Source: Octopus bimaculoides
Lineage: Eukaryota
Assembly (NCBI RefSeq): GCF_001194135.2
Contig: NC_068994.1
Location: 20,988,199-21,052,198 of the forward strand
DNA length: 64,000 bases
Reading direction: 5' to 3'
Part shown: one piece after another, positions 13,962 through 27,362 of the stretch
Layout of the letters: each line of letters opens with the position of its first letter
How positions within the stretch are numbered: the first letter of the stretch is position 1
The notes under the pieces: model-generated
Databases searched by the model: none
What the model was told of the DNA's origin: nothing
The model's input: only the letters and a program-made list of their open reading frames with translations
Program-made: the position numbers and the translations under genes

Positions 13962-14175
13962 CCTTTCTACTAAAGGTACAAGGCCTGGAATTTGGGGAGA
14001 GGGAGATAGTCAATTATATCAACACCAGTACTCAACTGGTACTTATTTTATCAACCCCAAAAGGATGAAAGGCAAAAACAACTTCGCTGGAAGTTGAACT
14101 CAGAACATGCAGATGGACAAAATGCTGCTACGTATTTATCCCAGCATGCTAACAATTCTGCCGGCTTGCTGCCTT
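13690..14175 (-). mobile_element. two tandem SINE family B copies (13690-13910, 13962-14175) separated by (AAT)n
   Basis: Both carry the reverse complement of AAGGYRGCRAGCTGGCAGAAT...GAGTTCAAATTC...TTTGCCTTTCATCCTTT..GGGGTTGATAAAATAAGTACCAG. The central motif resembles the Nin-domain SINE core as I recall it. Confidence 0.8.
13911..13961. repeat. (AAT)n microsatellite
   Basis: Direct reading. Confidence 0.97.
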
Positions 14176-15093
14176 AATAATAATAATAGTAGTAATGTTT
14201 CTTACATAAACATGAGAAGTACCAAAGAGTATTTCTAAGCTTATGTATCTCCCTAGGGTATTAGCAATACAACTAATAAAAGTGGTTCCAGTGTGAATTG
14301 AAGCCAGTAATTTACTGCTATACTACTCTAGCACCACCCATGATGAAGACGGTGGTGTGAAACACACATTCTGTAAGAAAATGTCCAGTAGAATTTTTCT
14401 TTCTCGCCCCACTTCCTGTGTAAGACTTGAGAGAATATTATTAAGTTGTAAGGACAAAATAATGCCACTGTAGATGAAATTATGTTGTTACACGTGGGCC
14501 CTTTAAAGTATCACTATCACAAACTTCCAGGCTATGCATGTAATTATCTTGTATAGTAACTGAAATTTATTATCACAAGTAATATTTAGACTGAGATGGT
14601 CTCAAATAGCATGAGAAGCTGATAATTTCAGTTGTTTGCTGTTTCAAAGAAATATATTAAATGTAACAAGAAAGCAACTGATACCTGCTTAAACAAGAAG
14701 TACTCTGATAGCCTTAATATTTCATATTATATCAGTAAATCTCAACTCCACCCGAGATCATCTTACAAAGTAACAGGAACTTTCATAAATAAAGAGGTAA
14801 CATGAAGGTAATTTAGTAAATTCTTCTTTGGGTCTAGCTCCTTTTAAAGAACCTAACTGAACAAGGAATAAAATGCTACTTACCTGAATGGTTGTTCTTT
14901 TTATACTTTTCTCTCTTTCTGTCAATTCCAGAAAGGCGTATTTATGCTACTTTTGCACGTTTTAAAATTGTTTATTTAATAAATTGCATGTTATACATAA
15001 AAGATATAGCAATGTTTCTTTCATATTCAGTAATATAAAGATTATATAATATGTAAGGATTGTATATATAAATATGTATGTATGTGCTTTCAG

Positions 15094-15165
15094 AAAGCAC
15101 ATGAAAAATGGAAAGAGATGGGCGATTCCTACATTCAACAGTGGCTCATGAACAATCATGATGAG
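15094..15165 (+). CDS. candidate exon, 72 nt: KAHEKWKEMGDSYIQQWLMNNHDE
   Basis: gtgctttcag| acceptor; only frame 0 is open; length is a multiple of 3; weaker donor gag|gtagta. Assignment to TACC is inferred from position and strand only. Confidence 0.48.
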
Positions 15166-16199
15166 GTAGTATTTGTGTGTATGCATGGTTGTGTGTATCT
15201 ATACTGAAATAATCATTTTATCCCCTTATCACTTGTATTTTTCTGTTATAACAACAAATGTTGTTTTGGTTGGGTTTTTTCTTCTATTTTCCTCCCTCAC
15301 TCATAACTCATTCTGTTGTTTTAACAAATATGTAATGTATTTTTATTTCAAATCTTCTATAGTGCACTTTTATATCTTCACATTATTGGCAGTACATTAC
15401 AGCTTCCAAGCTAAAATAGTTCGTTAAATAACACTTATAAAACTGGTTCTTGCCAAGCTTAAACCATCTTTAGACTTCTCCCCAGAATCAATTATTTAAT
15501 CCAGCAAACAAAAGAGTTAGAATAGGTGTGCTAGAATAGCAGATAAATCTTCCTTAAATCACACAGCATTGTCTTTAAAAGGGGAAGATAATATTGTCCT
15601 AGAAACCCCTGAAAAGACAGAATGAACCAGGCTGGAATGCCTTCAACATAGCTCTCTTTGATCAAAACTGAACTCATTTAAATTGTTTTAGTCCATAGAA
15701 TTTAATTTATAAATAAAGGCTTGTAAGCATGGATGTATTAAAAATTAATACCTATAAATAAATAATGTTTGATAAATAAGGTTTTACCTAAGCTTCATGG
15801 ATTTATTGGTTTGTACTGTTGTTAGAGTATCTGATAAAATGTCTCTCTGCTAGAGCTCCCTCTCTTTTAGTATATTCTTGAAAACTATGTCTGATTACAT
15901 CTGAAAGAGATTTCCTAAACAATAATTTCTTCTTTTATAATTCAAAATAATTTTACTTTCGATGCCTTAATGCCAGATCAGTATTAATGCTAGATCAGCA
16001 CAAATTGATTATACATAACTGATTTTAATTTGATAATTAACTTTCTTTATATTAGAACAGCTGGTTAGCATATATCTTAATTAGAAAGACAAGCCATTAA
16101 TTTCTTTTGAAATATAAATTACAAGTTATATCTCTTGCATTTCCATTCTACTACCAATACTGATTATTATTTGAACTATATCATGCTAATATTTAATTA

Positions 16200-16515
16200 T
16201 AAGGTGGAAAGCTAACAGAATTGTTACTGTACCAGGAAAAATGCTTAGTGGTTTTATTCCGACTTTACATTCTGAGTTCAAATGCCATTGAGGTTAACTT
16301 TAAGGTGGCAAGTTTGCAAAATTGTTAGCATGTCAGACAAAATGCTTGGTGGTATTTCATCCATCTTCATGTTCTGAGTTCAAATTCCGCCAAGGTTGAC
16401 TTTGCCTTTCATCCTTTCAGTGTCGATAAAATAAGTACTAGTTAGGTACTGGAGCCAAGGTAATTGACTTACCCTTTTCCCCAAAATTGCTGGCCTTGTA
16501 CCAAAATTTGAAATC
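16200..16515 (+). mobile_element. SINE family B: truncated head (16200-16300) plus full copy (16302-16515)
   Basis: Same family B motifs on +. Confidence 0.75.
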
Positions 16516-19500
16516 TATTAATCATATGAAGTCTCCTATAATCCATTTTATGATGAATACTTTGATAAGTGTTCAATGAATACTCATTGAAATTAGCTTA
16601 TATTTTGGGGAAGAATAAAATATTTTCTAGAAAAGCCTGTTACATGGGAACATTATTATGTTGTTCCTACATTTGTGAATAAAAGGACAGAGATAATGTT
16701 TTTTATTATTTAAACAAAAGGCTAGTACAACAAAAAGTGGTCTTTTAGCTTTTCTGTACAAATGAAAATTGATCAGATATTCTGACATTCATAACAAAGC
16801 TCGTTGTTTGACACACTAAATTTGTTTGTGTCCTTGAAAAAGGCAATTTGCTCCTTAAAGTATCTAGATCTATCTAACCAATTCTGGCTCCCTTTTTTCT
16901 TTTTTTTTTTTAAATACTAGTATACAACTATAGTTTTTATATTAACTTTTGTTATCTCTATATCTAATATAAAATGCTCACCTGAGTATCTTATTCTTTA
17001 CTTTTTCCCATGCTCATTCCCTATCTCATAGACCCTCAGTTCTGAACTTTCTCTATCAAAAATTATGCATTCTTCATATTTTTCCATTTTTCTCACTTTT
17101 TCAGATATTCTCTAATTCTGTTATGGTTTTTGCTTTTTAGACAGAAAGAATTCCTTTGTTGTGAGCAGAACCAGTAGCTCTTTGAATTTTTCCCATTGTA
17201 TACTTTGAAAATAATGTAAACTGTTTTAATGAACAGTGTCATGGTTAGCTGTTCTTGTCATCTACCATTACATATCCACTCTGCCCTCATTTTGATAGTC
17301 ATTTTGCATTTGTTGACATCAATCTATTTGTCTGCTCTGAGGATCTTACCTCGCCAAAGGAGTGATATATCAAGCATCAATTATATAAGAGGAACTGTAT
17401 GGGACTTACAATTTCAAGGCACATTACAATCAACATTGTGCTCCTTTAGGAATAGTTCAAACTCTATTTCCTTGTCTCAATTTATTTAGAAAATCAGAGA
17501 CCAAAGACATGATCATTCTTTTATAACCTGGAATATTATTGACAGAACTACTCCATATTCCAAATGAATATCTAATTATATGCTTAATTATAAGTTCTTG
17601 GTAGTGAAACAGACTTCCATAACTCTCAGTCAAAAGGTTGAGGTTATGTCTATCTGTTGTCACATGCAGAAATTTCTTCTGTAGAATTTTTAGCTAGTTG
17701 ACTATCCTGTAGCAAACTATACAGTTTTATGGATTTCTTGATTTAGGTTATCTCACATTTTAGTTGTCTGTTTGTATTAAGAGAACAAATATTCAAAAAT
17801 AAGTGAATTTAAAGTTGAGTAGTGTTTGATAATTAAATTATTTATGTTCAATTGACTTCCCAGCAATACAGTTAATGGCAATTATTTTTTTAAAGTAAAT
17901 ATATGTAGAATGTGTTGTTTGAGGGAGATTTGGTTGCTCTCTGTAATAGAGAGGTTTCTCTTAGTTATGTGGACCCAGCTTGATCAGACCATTGGTAAAA
18001 AGTGTTCTAGTTGAAAACATCATCTGTTTTTATACATTAGGGACTACTTTATCCAATGTGTCCTATTTTTTTCTAAAGACTAGTGTTTTTGATTTGAAGG
18101 AGATTGCCTTTGGTTTTTATATATGATTTTCTTTTTCTTTAGGATGATAGGATGTATGATGTTGGTGAAAGTTGGTTATTTATTTCTTAGGTTGAGTTGA
18201 GTTCAAATGATAGCCTTCTGCTCTTCTTTGTCAATGTCAAGGATTACATATCAACCTTTTTCTAAAATGGTAGGATGTATAATTTAGAAGAACTTTCGCT
18301 GGATATTTCTAGTTTGAATAGGTCTTCAACAAAAACCTTCCATCTCTCTTTGTAAATATCAGGCATTGTGCACCCCAATATATCCTTACGTTTTGAAGTT
18401 GGTAGTATGCAATTTATGAGAATTATGACTGCTGTTTTTAGATAGTCAATCTACTATGTAGAGGGTCCTTTAGGTATTTCTCAGCCACAGGTTAGCTTTG
18501 ATCATTCACACCTATGATAAAAAAAAGTGTTCAAGCTGTGATCATCTGTCTTTTTTGTGCATCAGAGACTAAATTGTACATGTTGAATTTCTTAAATTGT
18601 AGGCTCTGTGATTTAAGGGAAATTTGGTTACTATTTCTAGCATTTCAAATGGATGGTCATGCATACATATATATTTACACACACACACACACATATATGT
18701 ATGTATATGTGTATGAATGTATAAATTTAGTGAGGCATGTTTTTACACTATAATATACTTTAGAATAAATCTAAGTTTTCACCAACATTGCATGTATCTT
18801 TATCTTTTATTTTTTACTTATTTTAGTCATTGGGCTTTAGCTATGCTAGGGGACCATCTTGAAGAGTTTAGGAGAGCAAATCGCCTTCAGTATTTATTTT
18901 TTTAAGTCTGGTATTTATTGCATTGATCTCTTTTGCTAAACAAGGTGAGGGGCAAGCACAAAGACACATGCACACACATATATATATACATATGATAGTC
19001 TTCCACACAGTTTCCTTCTTCCAAATTCATTCACAGGGCAACTGAATTAAATACAAGTATAAGTGACTGGGTTTTTTATACAGTCTTTTCATGGACAGAA
19101 AGAGCCTGTCCATTTCCAATACCTTCTAGAATATCATCTGTCTATTTTTGTCAACATTGAATTTATAGTAACTCAAATTAAGGACTTCATTTGTTCTGAG
19201 AACCTGATGTACATAATGCATTTGCTGGCAGCTAGCTCAACAAATAAATTAATGTGTCAGACAGTGTATGTTTGAGTGCTATAATGCCCTTTAGATTAAA
19301 TCTAAATTTTCAGGCAAAGATATTGTCCATGAAGAAATTGTATGAAAAGACAGTTGATTTTCACCATCTTTAGAACTATTCATTCACACCTTTATTTTCT
19401 TATCTACTTTTACTTACACATTTGTTCATTCATTTAGTTTATTTTATTTACCTATACTACTGGTGATGATGATTTATTTGTTCAGTATCATTAACCTCTA

Positions 19501-19829
19501 TAAATTATTTGATCAGTATCATATAATTGAGAAAATTATCTCTGATTTTAATGCATAATTTTTTTATTCATTTAACTTTTATTCTTACTCATCAGCCTAT
19601 GAATTTTACAGCCTAACAGTTAGATCATTTCCATTGATGATTCTAGTAATAATAACAAACACTAACTTAAGACTGCATTCTTTCTTCTTATTTATTTATT
19701 TATCTACATCAGTGTTTCAAAGAGGATGCATAACCCCCCATGGGGTTAGGCTATATTTTGGTGAGATATAAGTAACAGGTGAATAAAACTTGCTATAAAG
19801 TTTAAATGAAAGCTTCTTTTGAGTGAATG

Positions 19830-19869
<40 letters not shown>

Positions 19870-22757
19870 CATACATATATTGAAATAAATTGCATTTCAT
19901 ATTCGTGGCTCCAATGAAGCTATAAAGTGTTACTCAGGTACTCTGCTATGAGTCCACTGCATCTTATAGCAGAAACAGTTGTAAGCTTATGAAGTTCATA
20001 AGATAATCATTTATTCTTTTGTCATCTCATTTTCTTATATATATGCTTTGTTCGTGGTGGGATGAAATGAACTTTTTTTTTTTCTACCTCCAGAAAGTCA
20101 TGGTTAAGTATAAGATAAAAATGGCTGAGAAACACTGCTATAATTCCACTTATTTATTTGATATACTTTGTCCATACATCAACTCCAGCTTCTATTCTCT
20201 GCAACTTGCTTTCCTCTCTTTTTTGAATTTTTATTTTGTTATTTAGTGCCTATCATCATTCTCTAACATTGCTAGGTAATTGTATTTTGTCCAATACAAT
20301 AATATCGCCCCCCCCTCTCTCTCACATACACCACACTGCTTAAGTAACAATCAGAGGATTGTATCAGATTTGACAGTATATGATATCCCTTTGCTTTCTT
20401 TCTTTCTTTCTTTCTTCTACCAGTACATATGCAGCTACAACTAGTGACTCCCCTCCCCCTGTAATACTAGCCACTACTCCCATTCTTGCCTCCAACAGGT
20501 CTCCCAAATTTACATTCATCATATTTTCTTTAGTAAAGGCATAGGTTTTAACTAGATATTTATACAAAATTTTCTCATAGTTGAAACTCATTTCTTTTAT
20601 TTAGCTGCAAATAACTTCAGTTTTGAAAGATGAGGCCTCTGCTACTTAATATACAACACAGTAGCATCTTCATTTAGTTGTAAATGGCATCTTGAACTCA
20701 GAACCACATAGTTATGACATAAACAAATTAACATATATGTAAATATGTTTATGTGGGTGGGGAGTGTTTTTGTGTCTCCTTGTCTTGATATTGGATGATA
20801 ATTTAAACAAGTGTCACTGTCATACAAGAAGTGTCCTTCATTTCTCATCTTCTGCGAAAACATGTCTGTCTATGAGGAAATAATTTCTTACTTGGAAACA
20901 GGTAAGGGTTGACAACAGGAAGGGCATTTGGCTGCAGAAAATTTGTCTCAGTAGATTCAGTCTGTTCCATGCAAACAGAAAGACGGATGTCAAAATGATG
21001 ACGATGTATGTGTGAATGCTTAACATCCTGTGCCTTGACAAATACAATGAAAATTCTTTTACTTGAAAAGATGGACCAGGGGCAGTAACAGGAAAGGCAT
21101 TCAACTCAACTCTAAAACAATGCTTCAATAATATGTATTCTTGCAACTCATGCTAGCATGGAAAAACTGAATGTAAAAAGACAGATAAATGTATGTGTGA
21201 CACACACAAACACAATGATTATTTTTATATATATAAACTACTGCTCCATAATTTCAAGTTTTATGATGGCAGATATATTCTAAAAATGAAAAATATTTTC
21301 ATACGATAATGACTTAATAGAATTTGGTGGCAATGATGATATGAAATATATTTTAAAAAATGTAGGCTACTATCAAGTTGAGCAGTATAGTAAATATCTC
21401 AGCAGAGTGCAAACTATTGAATGAAATGAACAAAGTGATCATCATCCTCATCACCACCACCATCATTATTACTATTATCGTCATTATTTTTACATCTATT
21501 TTTTCATGCTGGTAAGATTTGGAAAGATGTTACTGTCTACATCAGTTCTTATTAAGGTTACTGCTGTCCTCAATAGGCAGACTGTGAAGTGGCTTGTAGA
21601 GTCCATGTCTCATTCATACATCCCATTTTTCAGCATAGTTTCTTATGTTGACAGACTTTTCTAAGACCAACCACTTTACCAAGTACGTTGCATGCATTTT
21701 ATCATGCTCAGCATCTCATAAAGAATCTTTGCTGAGAATCCACCTTTGCTGCCAAGAAAATTTAAGTTATGGATAGTCACCTTTAGCTGCTATATTATAA
21801 TAAATATACTTAACTCTATATCGCATTTCAAGTACTCTCTCCTCTGGTAGGGAAGCCACATGTAAATTATAATAAAACAATACATATGGTACTGTGGTTT
21901 AAAACTAAACTACTGTTCAGATTGTGATAAATTAAGATCTTACTACAGCCATTATGTTGTGTTCCTTTGCAATACTCTTATTAATTCCGCTTGCTTAGAT
22001 TTACCCTCTCCTATTTCAATTGATGGGGAATCTGTCTGGCAATCATTCATACTACAGCTGTAAACGTACAAGTAAACCCTAACAGAAAACAATAAAATAT
22101 AAACATGAACTTTACTCAATTTTCTAATGAACTGAATGATAAAACTTCCTCAGTTTGAATGGTGATGATGATCTTGAGGTAGATTTAAGATCGAATACTA
22201 GTCAGTTGATCCATTAAAGGGCAGGGGCTCACATCAATTGGGTGGGCCAAGTATGCTGTAAAGCTAAGAGGAAGGCCCCCAAAACACTGTGCACTTTCTT
22301 CTAATGACCCCTGAAACCTACTGACTGGCATCTGATATACAGAATTTTCAATTATCAGCACTAGCACAAGCAAGCTGTTTACAAGTCTTTATATTTAATA
22401 AAAGTTTTTTTGTTTTTGCTTTGTTTTTTAATATAAAAAATGTAATTATATTATATAAACTATATATTTAACAATGGTAGTACTATTTGATTCAGTATAT
22501 TGATCTGATTCTTGTGTTGGTGACAATATTATCTTTGTTAAATATGTATTTTATATAAAATAAAACATTAAATAAAAGTTTAAGAAACAGCATTTGTTTC
22601 TTTAAGAAATTCAACAACATTCGTGTTATACCATGTTCTATTATTCTGCTTTCTATTTCTATTCTCATTTTTAAGTTTACAGCAGTAATATGGAAGATAA
22701 CCTGTCATCCCACTATATAAATTATTGCTTCTTCATATAAACCTTCTCAGCTGTAAA

Positions 22758-22793
<36 letters not shown>

Positions 22794-22977
22794 AACATCT
22801 AAATACCCACAATTTTTTGATGATTGGTTACATGAAAAACTCTGAGTAACAGTTTGTGAAGTCTTTTCAGCTTCAATAAAATGTTATTTTACTCTAACTT
22901 TGATATTTGAGTACAATTTTTTCCACTTTGTTTTGTACCTACATGCTCACATCTGTTTATAAATTATATATATATAG

Positions 22978-23096
<119 letters not shown>

Positions 23097-23231
23097 TGGT
23101 TTTCATTTAAATTGTTACATTTTTAATATTCATATATAGAGAAAGAGAGCTATCATATGATTTGTTATATTAGAATTAATGTAAATTTACTTTTCAAAGT
23201 TGTAATTCTCATGAATTTATTATTTTTATAG

Positions 23232-23321
23232 AGCGATAGTGGTGTTGCAGTGGAGACAGCCCCTGCCCAGCATCCATCGCAAGGAGCCAATGGAACTGAA
23301 GCCATTGTCCAATTGGTACCG
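23232..23321 (+). CDS. TACC: probable upstream TACC exon, 90 nt: SDSGVAVETAPAQHPSQGANGTEAIVQLVP
   Basis: tatttttatag| acceptor, ccg|gtaagt donor; GC-richer unique island in AT-rich surroundings; open, phase 0-0. Confidence 0.65.
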
Positions 23322-25210
23322 GTAAGTCTGCATTTAACAGTAGATTAAATTCTTGTATTTTGATGCCATTATTTACTGCTGCCTTTCTTCCACAGAAATT
23401 TGATGTTTTCTTGTTTTACAGTCTTTTCAAATATTTGTTTGTTCAGTCTTTCACACTTACTCAACTAAGTAAATATATCCAGAACCTTTTAAAACAACAA
23501 GTTCTCAACTAATATTTGACAAAACAAATCACAGAGGTTAATTAATGGCTTTAGATTGTTCACTAGCATTCATTTGAAAATAAGTTTTTAACAGCTGCAG
23601 TCTTAATTATGTGCACATCACAACATGAACTTCAACTTGTTTGAGTTCTAGCAATATATCTAATATGGACTGAAATATTTTCCGACTCTGAATACAAACA
23701 TTAGGTTTTGTAATGCACTTTTGATAATGTTATATATGCATGATTGCCATGAAAGATCATTGGCAATTGTTGACGGTTTTAGATGTGATTTGTTCATTAG
23801 GTGATGTTTTTAATGACTTTGCTCATATATATACCTATCAGAGCAAGTCTGATAGGTATCCTGTGAATAACACTTGTTTGAATAAAACTAGGGAGTAGTG
23901 GAGAATGGTATTATGGTAATTAAAAACAAGACCATTAATGTACAGAAAGAACTGTGTAAGGAAACAAATGAAAGCCTAAAATAAATCAAAACCAGTGGAA
24001 CATGTGTATTAGCGAACTCTGTTTATGCATGCTGAAACAAATATTCTAGGGCTTTGCTACTGCAAAACACCAATGTTTTTGCAAACAAGTGACCATTGTG
24101 AAAAAGCAGATTTTTATATTTAGTTTTAAAGAAACCAAAGTGATTCTTACATTGATCCAATGAGACAGACTTTTTGTTTAGAACTGTTTCTATTACATTT
24201 TAGATGTTGAAAGTGAGTGCATTAGGTTAGTTGTTTGGAAGAACGGATACTCTGCTACATATTTCCATAAACTGTGGAACATAACCTAAGGACAGAAATT
24301 GAGGTTTTGTTATGGTAGGAGTTCCATTGAATGAAATTAAAAACAACTTTCTATTTGCTACACAGTAAAGAATCTCTCAACAATTATGCTGGTTACTAAA
24401 GAGCAGAATAATACTACAAAATCTCATGCAAGTTGATTCTAGAGTGTGATTATGTATGTATAAAGTTATTCAAACTGAAAAGGAGTAAATAACTAGTAAT
24501 ATTTAACTTTGACGTGTACTAGAAAATGTGGGTTCAATTTTCACCTGCCTGCTGACCGTTTTTCTCTTTATTTTTGTATTCTTTATGTAGTTCAAGAATC
24601 TTATTTTGTTATAGGAAAATTTTCAAAGGTGTTCTTGTAATATTTGTATGGAGTGCGAGGAATTATAATTTGAGCTGTGAATCCTCAAGGTATCATTGAA
24701 TCAGGACTCTATTTTGTTTTTCATCAGCAGTCACTTTCAAGTGTACATTAACCAGTGAATCAGAGCATACTATATTGACTTCTGATAGTTTAAAACTATT
24801 GTTTGAAATTGTTTTGTTAGGGTTTCTATCAGCTTACTAGGACGACAGGGAAGAGAAGCATCCATGACATTTTTGCAGGACCTGTGTGATTGATGGGGGT
24901 GGGGATCATGACTTGTGGGTTGTTGTTGTGGTAGAAAACAACATATCAGGTTCTTTTCAGGCTAGAGACCGACTTAATATGAATGCAAATGCTTACAACA
25001 AATTGGACTCTGCTAAAGGCACTTAAGAGTCAGATAGTGATGTTAAACTAAGTAATGGATTAAATAGACCACAACAAGAACAAATGCAGGCCACTACCCA
25101 ATTTCACATACACATGGATTGACCTAAAGCTATGATAGAAGACACTTATTCAGGGTGTCAAACAGTAGAATCAAACTTGGAGCCAAAAGTATTGCAAAAG
25201 AAACATTTAA

Positions 25211-25428
25211 CCATTTAGCATTCAAATTACTCTGCCAAATGTAATGCTTATTCAATTACACTGTTTTTAACTAATCTTGCATTATCTTGTAGCTTTGAGA
25301 TTTCAATGATGTAATTATTTATTTTTACAGTAATATTGAATGGCAGGTGTGAGAGGCTGGATCTGGCTGGTATGAACATAAAACTAGTAGAATATGGGCC
25401 GGATATGGCCAGTTTAAATGCTAAAGGG
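25211..25428. mobile_element. piggyBac-type MITE, 218 bp
   Basis: TTAA|CCATTTAGCATT ... AATGCTAAAGGG|TTAA. Confidence 0.8.
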
Positions 25429-25611
25429 TTAAACTATATGAACATGATGCATCCTTAGCAACTAAATACTTCCTTCTCTTTACTTGTGAAGTGTAGCTAA
25501 AATATTGCTAATTGAGTTAGCAAGGTTCCTTTTTTACTGCAAGGTCTTTAAAATGTTTTAGTTTTCAAGATTCATCTGAATTATGTTTCAAAGAACCAAA
25601 ACAATTCTCAA

Positions 25612-25870
25612 TTGCCCTCCTCTCTCTTTTTTTTTTATTCCCTCTCTCTTTTTTTTTTATTCCTTCTCTCTTTTCCATTTCTTCCTTCTCTCTTTTCCAT
25701 TTCTTCCTCCCCTTCCTCTTATCCTTCTATCCCCCCTCTCCTATCCTCCTTTCCTCCTGTTCTCCTCTCCCTCCTATCCACCTCTCCCTCTATCCTCCTC
25801 TCCTTCCTATCCATGCCTCCCTCCTATCCCCTTATCCTTTTCTCCCCTTCTCTTTAAATCTAGCACCTTC
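25612..25870. repeat. polypyrimidine tract with a degenerate ~17-bp unit (CTCCCTCCTATCC...)
   Basis: CTATCC recurs at roughly 15-17 nt spacing in 25767-25838. Confidence 0.75.
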
Positions 25871-26264
25871 CTGTCTCACCTTTTTTTTTTCTTATTACAC
25901 ACACATTTAATCCTTCCGTAAAGTCAACAACCTTCAGTCTTAAGTAACGTCTCTAATTTAACTTTGCTGCTGACACAGTGATGGATATCCCAAGTAATAA
26001 TAAATTTCTTAAGCAAAGCATAACAAGTCATTTCTCTTACAGAATATCTTTAACATATTCCGTATGTAAAATTACACACTACAAGAAGCAGTAATTACCT
26101 ATCTCTGCTTGCACTTCAGCACTGGCACTTTGGTTTCATTTAGTCTTCATTTGTTTAGTTTCTTTTTCATGTTAATTTAAAGAATATGAGGAAAGGGGTT
26201 ATGTGGCTTATTTTCAGTCCCTGATCTACAAGACTACATTTACTTACACTTGGTAAGCATTTGC

Positions 26265-26790
26265 TGCTAAACCTTCCATAGCATCAAACAAAATGCCTTA
26301 TGGCATTTACTCTCATTCTGAGTTCAACTCCTATCCAGGTCAGCTTCACCTTTTATCTCTCTGGCTTCAATAAAATTAAGTACTAGGGGTTGGTTAATTA
26401 ATTAACTCATCTTCCAAAACTTTTAACCTTATGCCTCTGTTAAAAACATCATCATCATTTCCAAATTCTGCCATGGTCAACTTTGCCTTTCATCCTTTCT
26501 GGGTCAATAAATGAAGTACCAGTGAAACACTGGGGTTGATGTAATCAACTTATCCATTCCCCCAAAATTTCTTCCCTTGTGGCAAAATTTGAAACCATTA
26601 TCATTATTATTATTAAGGTGGTAAGTTGGTAGAATTATTAGCATGTCAGATGAAATGCTTAGCAGCATTTCTTCCATCATTATGTTCTGAGTTCAAATTC
26701 CACCAAGGTTGACTTTGCCTTTCATCTTTTCAGGGTTGATAAGATAAGCACCAGTCAAGCACTGGGTTTGACATGATCGACCTTGCACCT
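26265..26790 (+). mobile_element. cluster of three SINE family B copies or fragments
   Basis: Repeated ctgagttcaa..., ctttgcctttcatc...ataa.a.aag.accag motifs at ~26320, ~26460 and 26615-26786. Confidence 0.7.
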
Positions 26791-26808
26791 ATTATAGAAA
26801 GGATTACT

Positions 26809-27362
26809 ATTATTATTATTATTATTGAGTGAGAGAGCAGGGCATGCCATCAAAGTGACACTGGGGTAAAATATACGAAGCCCAGTATACCCATCATGAC
26901 TACCCATCTGATAAGGGTACACTAGGCACATGCATCACGACCATATGTGCACGACATGGTGATCTCATATCAAGATAAACAGTGCATGACCTTGCAGGTA
27001 GAGCCCAGTTAGAATTTTCTTCAGGTCGAGTAGCTCATCCCACTCAAAAGGTCCTTGAATAAAGGTTGTTTGAGGATGTCAAATGAAATACCCATGTTTC
27101 CAAAGGTGAATTATCCAAACCCCAAAGAATTCCTCTCAACACATGGCTATGATGCTTCCTCCACTACTTCTGCTCATGNNNNNNNNNNATCCAAACCCCA
27201 AAGAATTCCTCTCAACACATGGCTATGATGCTTCCTCCACTACTTCTGCTCATGATCAGAGATGCACATATCGTCAGCCACCAAGGGACCCGCTCAACTG
27301 GTTAAGATCAAGCAACTGACAAGCAAATCTGTGGTATTGAGCAGAATATTTGCCGTAGCCCA
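26809..27362 (-). mobile_element. (AAT)n-tailed non-LTR-type repeat; a related + fragment lies at ~590-735
   Basis: (ATT)n at 26809-26826 is the tail on -; 27190-27355 is the reverse complement of 590-735 (atattctgctcaataccacagatttgcttg...catagccatgtgttgagagg). Confidence 0.65.

Noticed and set aside
19710-19760. CAGTGTTTC... hAT-like left end with an AACCCC/GGGGTT mini-stem
   Set aside because: No right TIR or TSD was found.
20862-20901. Apparent first exon MSVYEEIISYLET with a CAG|GTAAGG donor
   Set aside because: It is contiguous with the AGGAAGGGCA..(ATG)n repeat motif that follows, so it appears repeat-derived; its phase-1 exit also fits no downstream exon.
22154-22178. Possible 25-nt exon LNGDDDLE
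   Set aside because: Weak splice sites; needs a phase-2 upstream partner that I did not find.
24961-25122. Acceptor ttcttttcag followed by ARDRLNMNANAYNKLDSAKGT* and further protein-like codons
   Set aside because: In-frame stop after 21 codons, no donor, no homology recognised; it could be a terminal exon but is unsupported.
25583-25921. Leu/Pro/Ser/Phe-rich ORFs (also 28961-29230, 52330-52602, 54214-54529)
   Set aside because: Translations of CT-rich or triplet low-complexity DNA.
27113-27254. 66-bp exact direct repeat on both sides of a 10-N gap
   Set aside because: This is the typical pattern of unmerged overlapping contig ends; treated as an assembly artefact.
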